A DNA stretch of 64,000 nt, taken from Candidatus Sulfomarinibacteraceae bacterium (GTDB lineage Bacteria; Acidobacteriota; Thermoanaerobaculia; Thermoanaerobaculales; Sulfomarinibacteraceae). Shown here one piece after another: positions 61,882 to 64,000 of the stretch (the stretch's first letter is position 1; the number at the start of each line of letters is the position of its first letter). The stretch is taken from the NCBI GenBank assembly GCA_963796455.1, contig CAWCLO010000010.1, positions 160,001-224,000 of the forward strand, written 5' to 3'. The position numbers and the translations under genes were made by a program. A model generated the notes under the pieces. The model was not told where the DNA came from, searched no databases, and worked only from the letters and a program-made list of their open reading frames with translations.

Positions 61882-62739
61882 ATGCCCACCGATCTTCACC
61901 GCATCCAACTCGACACCTCATGGGGACCCCTTCACCTGGTCGGTGGTTCGCGCGCCGGGGACGGCACCCTGATCCTCCTGCCTCAACTTCACCTCGCGCT
62001 CGATGCCGGACGGGCTCACCGGGCGCTGCCATCGATGACGACGGTCTGCATCAGCCACGGTCACATGGATCATCTCGGCGGCATCGGCTACTGGGCAAGT
62101 CAGCGCCAGCTCCAGAATATGGGACATGCCGCCGTCCTCGCACCGGGAGCGATCGCTCCGGACATCGAACAACTCCTCGCGACCCACGCCAGGCTCGAAG
62201 GCGGGACGGGTTATGACATTGAGGTCATTCCGGTTGCCGACGGCGGCGCTCAACGGTTGCGAAACGACATGGATCTGCACTTCTTCACCACCGACCACTG
62301 GGTCCCAACTCTGGGATCACGCTTGTCGTGGCGCCGCCGTTGTCTGCTGCCGGAGTTTGCCGGTCTCACCGGGGAAGAGATCGCTACGAGGAGACGGTCC
62401 GGTCGGCGGGTCACCGAAGATATCGAAACCAATCTCCTCGCCTATTGCGCCGATTCGGGGCCGCGCATATTTGCCGGCGGGGCGGAAATCCTGTCGTCCG
62501 AGATCGTTCTCATCGAATGTTCGTTTTTTCGCCCCGGCGACCGCGACCGGGCGAAACGATTCGGCCACATGCACATCGAGGATCTGCTCGCCGCCATCGA
62601 GTTGTTCCATTGTCGTCATCTTGTGCTGCTGCACGCCTCGCGCCGCCACCGCCTGCGCGAGGTGGAAACCGTGATCAACGAACGTTTGCGGCCGGAATTC
62701 GACTGCCAGCTCCACCATCTGATGGTCGACTGGGACTGA
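61882..62739 (+). CDS. Metallo-beta-lactamase-fold nuclease, short (TM-type) RNase Z-like
   Basis: SHGHMDH, H.VPTLG, short arm LLPEFAGLTGEEI, IECSF, GHMH, LLHASRR. Confidence 0.8.
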   Translation: MPTDLHRIQLDTSWGPLHLVGGSRAGDGTLILLPQLHLALDAGRAHRALPSMTTVCISHGHMDHLGGIGYWASQRQLQNMGHAAVLAPGAIAPDIEQLLATHARLEGGTGYDIEVIPVADGGAQRLRNDMDLHFFTTDHWVPTLGSRLSWRRRCLLPEFAGLTGEEIATRRRSGRRVTEDIETNLLAYCADSGPRIFAGGAEILSSEIVLIECSFFRPGDRDRAKRFGHMHIEDLLAAIELFHCRHLVLLHASRRHRLREVETVINERLRPEFDCQLHHLMVDWD

Positions 62740-63107
62740 GAAGGGGAAAGGGAGAAAGGGCGCAGGGGAGAAGGGGAGAGGCTCGTTCTGAGCTTTCACC
62801 AACCACCAGCTCTCGATAACAAAGCCGACCACAACTCTCTCAAAACCAGATCGCAGGAAACGGAGAGAGACACGGGTCAAATTATCCGTTATCTGCGTTC
62901 ATCTGCGTGATCTGCGGTTTCTCCGATGGCTGTGCACTCCAGCAACCGATGGTCGACCGGGACGAAAGAGAGTTCGGATTTCGGATTTCGGAATTGTCGG
63001 GCACTTTTCCAGAAAGAGAGGAGGTTGCGGAGAGGTGAGTGGTCTCCCTTTCTCCCTTTCTCCCCTGCTCCCTTTCTCCCTCTCCCTCTCCCTTTCTCCC
63101 TTTCCCG
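62738..63107. repeat. Inverted purine/pyrimidine 8-mer arms enclosing other periodic repeats
   Basis: GGGAGAAA-type arm at 62738-62782 and TTTCTCCC-type arm at 63043-63107; ATCTGCGT and TTCGGAT repeats lie between them. Confidence 0.85.
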
Positions 63108-63110
63108 AGA

Positions 63111-64000
63111 TTACTCTCCAAAATCTCCGGCAGCGGTCAGTACCAACTGGTCGGGGTGCAGGTGCTCTTTGATTGCCGCCATGACCTCGTCACGGCTGAC
63201 CTCGAGCAACTGTTCGGGAAAACGATCGAGCCTTTCCACACCTTCGGATGAGGTCAACGCGGTCACGAGCTCACGTGCGACCCCCGAATTCGTGGCCAGC
63301 CCGACTCGATAGGCCCCCGAGAGAGCGGTGCGCTCATCCTCGAGCTCCGGCTCCGAGGGGCCATTTTTGACGTAATCCGATATGACGTCCCGGCTCGCCG
63401 AAACGGCCTTGTCGAGGTTTTCGGCGGAAACTCCCAGGGAGGTGGCCCACAACCCGGGCACGTGGAGCGTGCCAAAAAAACGGCTATAGATGCCGTAGGT
63501 GAGCCCCTGGCGATCACGAACCTCCACGCCCAGTCTCGAGGTCAGCGTCGATTGACCGAGGCACGAGTTGGCGAGAATCGCGGCAGCATAGCCGTCTGCA
63601 CCGCGGAGCAAGTGACCACGGTGGCCGAGAAAGACGTCGAGGTTGGGGCGATCCTTGATCTGAATCCGTTGCTCGGAGGGAGGAGGAGGATCCCCACCCG
63701 GCAATTCGAGCTCCGGCTCATTGCCGCCCCCCCAACCTTCCATTGACTCGGCAAACACCGAAGTAACGAAGGAGGCGTCCACATCGCCGACCACCGCCAT
63801 CACCACGGTTGCCGGACCATATATTGAATGGTGAAAGGAGCTGAGATCCTCACTCGAAAGTGATGCCACCTCCTGCTCACGGACCTCGATCGTCCGGCGC
63901 TGAAGCGGGTGCCCATTTGGATAGAGTCTCCGGCTGAGGGCAGCGTAGGCGCGGGCATGGGTTTCCTGGCGCTCCCTCACCAGTGACCCGAGCACCTGCT
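63111..64000 (-). CDS. M16 family (pitrilysin-like) peptidase, C-terminal part; 5' end outside the window
   Basis: Y..HP, AVVGD, LG..TLTSRL..EVRDRQGLTYGI motifs. Confidence 0.88.
   Translation of the reverse strand, partial: QVLGSLVRERQETHARAYAALSRRLYPNGHPLQRRTIEVREQEVASLSSEDLSSFHHSIYGPATVVMAVVGDVDASFVTSVFAESMEGWGGGNEPELELPGGDPPPPSEQRIQIKDRPNLDVFLGHRGHLLRGADGYAAAILANSCLGQSTLTSRLGVEVRDRQGLTYGIYSRFFGTLHVPGLWATSLGVSAENLDKAVSASRDVISDYVKNGPSEPELEDERTALSGAYRVGLATNSGVARELVTALTSSEGVERLDRFPEQLLEVSRDEVMAAIKEHLHPDQLVLTAAGDFGE

Overview
High-GC (roughly 60-65%) bacterial chromosomal window from a diderm organism (LolA, PilQ secretin). Gene content and the DGFESGD-type protein tails suggest Acidobacteriota, possibly Thermoanaerobaculia; this is inference. 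In order the window holds: a degenerate HemL-like gene and a small Cys-rich gene; tRNA(CAT)-tilS-hpt-ftsH-folP-cdaA-cdaR-glmM; an alpha/beta hydrolase, Mrp/ApbC and a CorC-family protein; two paralogous large secreted Calx-beta proteins; a long minus-strand run (in transcription order: pilMNOPQ, two lipoproteins, TPR, roadblock, accB, accC, aroK, metallophosphoesterase, HEAT-cyclophilin); rpmB, rel, lolA-tgt-yajC-secDF, degP, a GAF-GGDEF cyclase, a MoxR/Bat cluster, a Ser/Thr kinase, an RNase Z-like protein and a partial M16 peptidase. Many frameshifts between about 16 and 33 kb, including one in essential accC, are probably assembly indels. The most striking non-housekeeping signal is a three-copy element family: one near-complete copy carries a four-helix-bundle (23S-IVP/Avd-like) gene inside inverted CAGCG-repeat arms with a ~135-nt hairpin over its ribosome-binding site, and two internally deleted derivatives lie elsewhere. 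All sit in intergenic hotspots filled with nested inverted arms made of 6-9-nt periodic repeats and REP-like palindromes.
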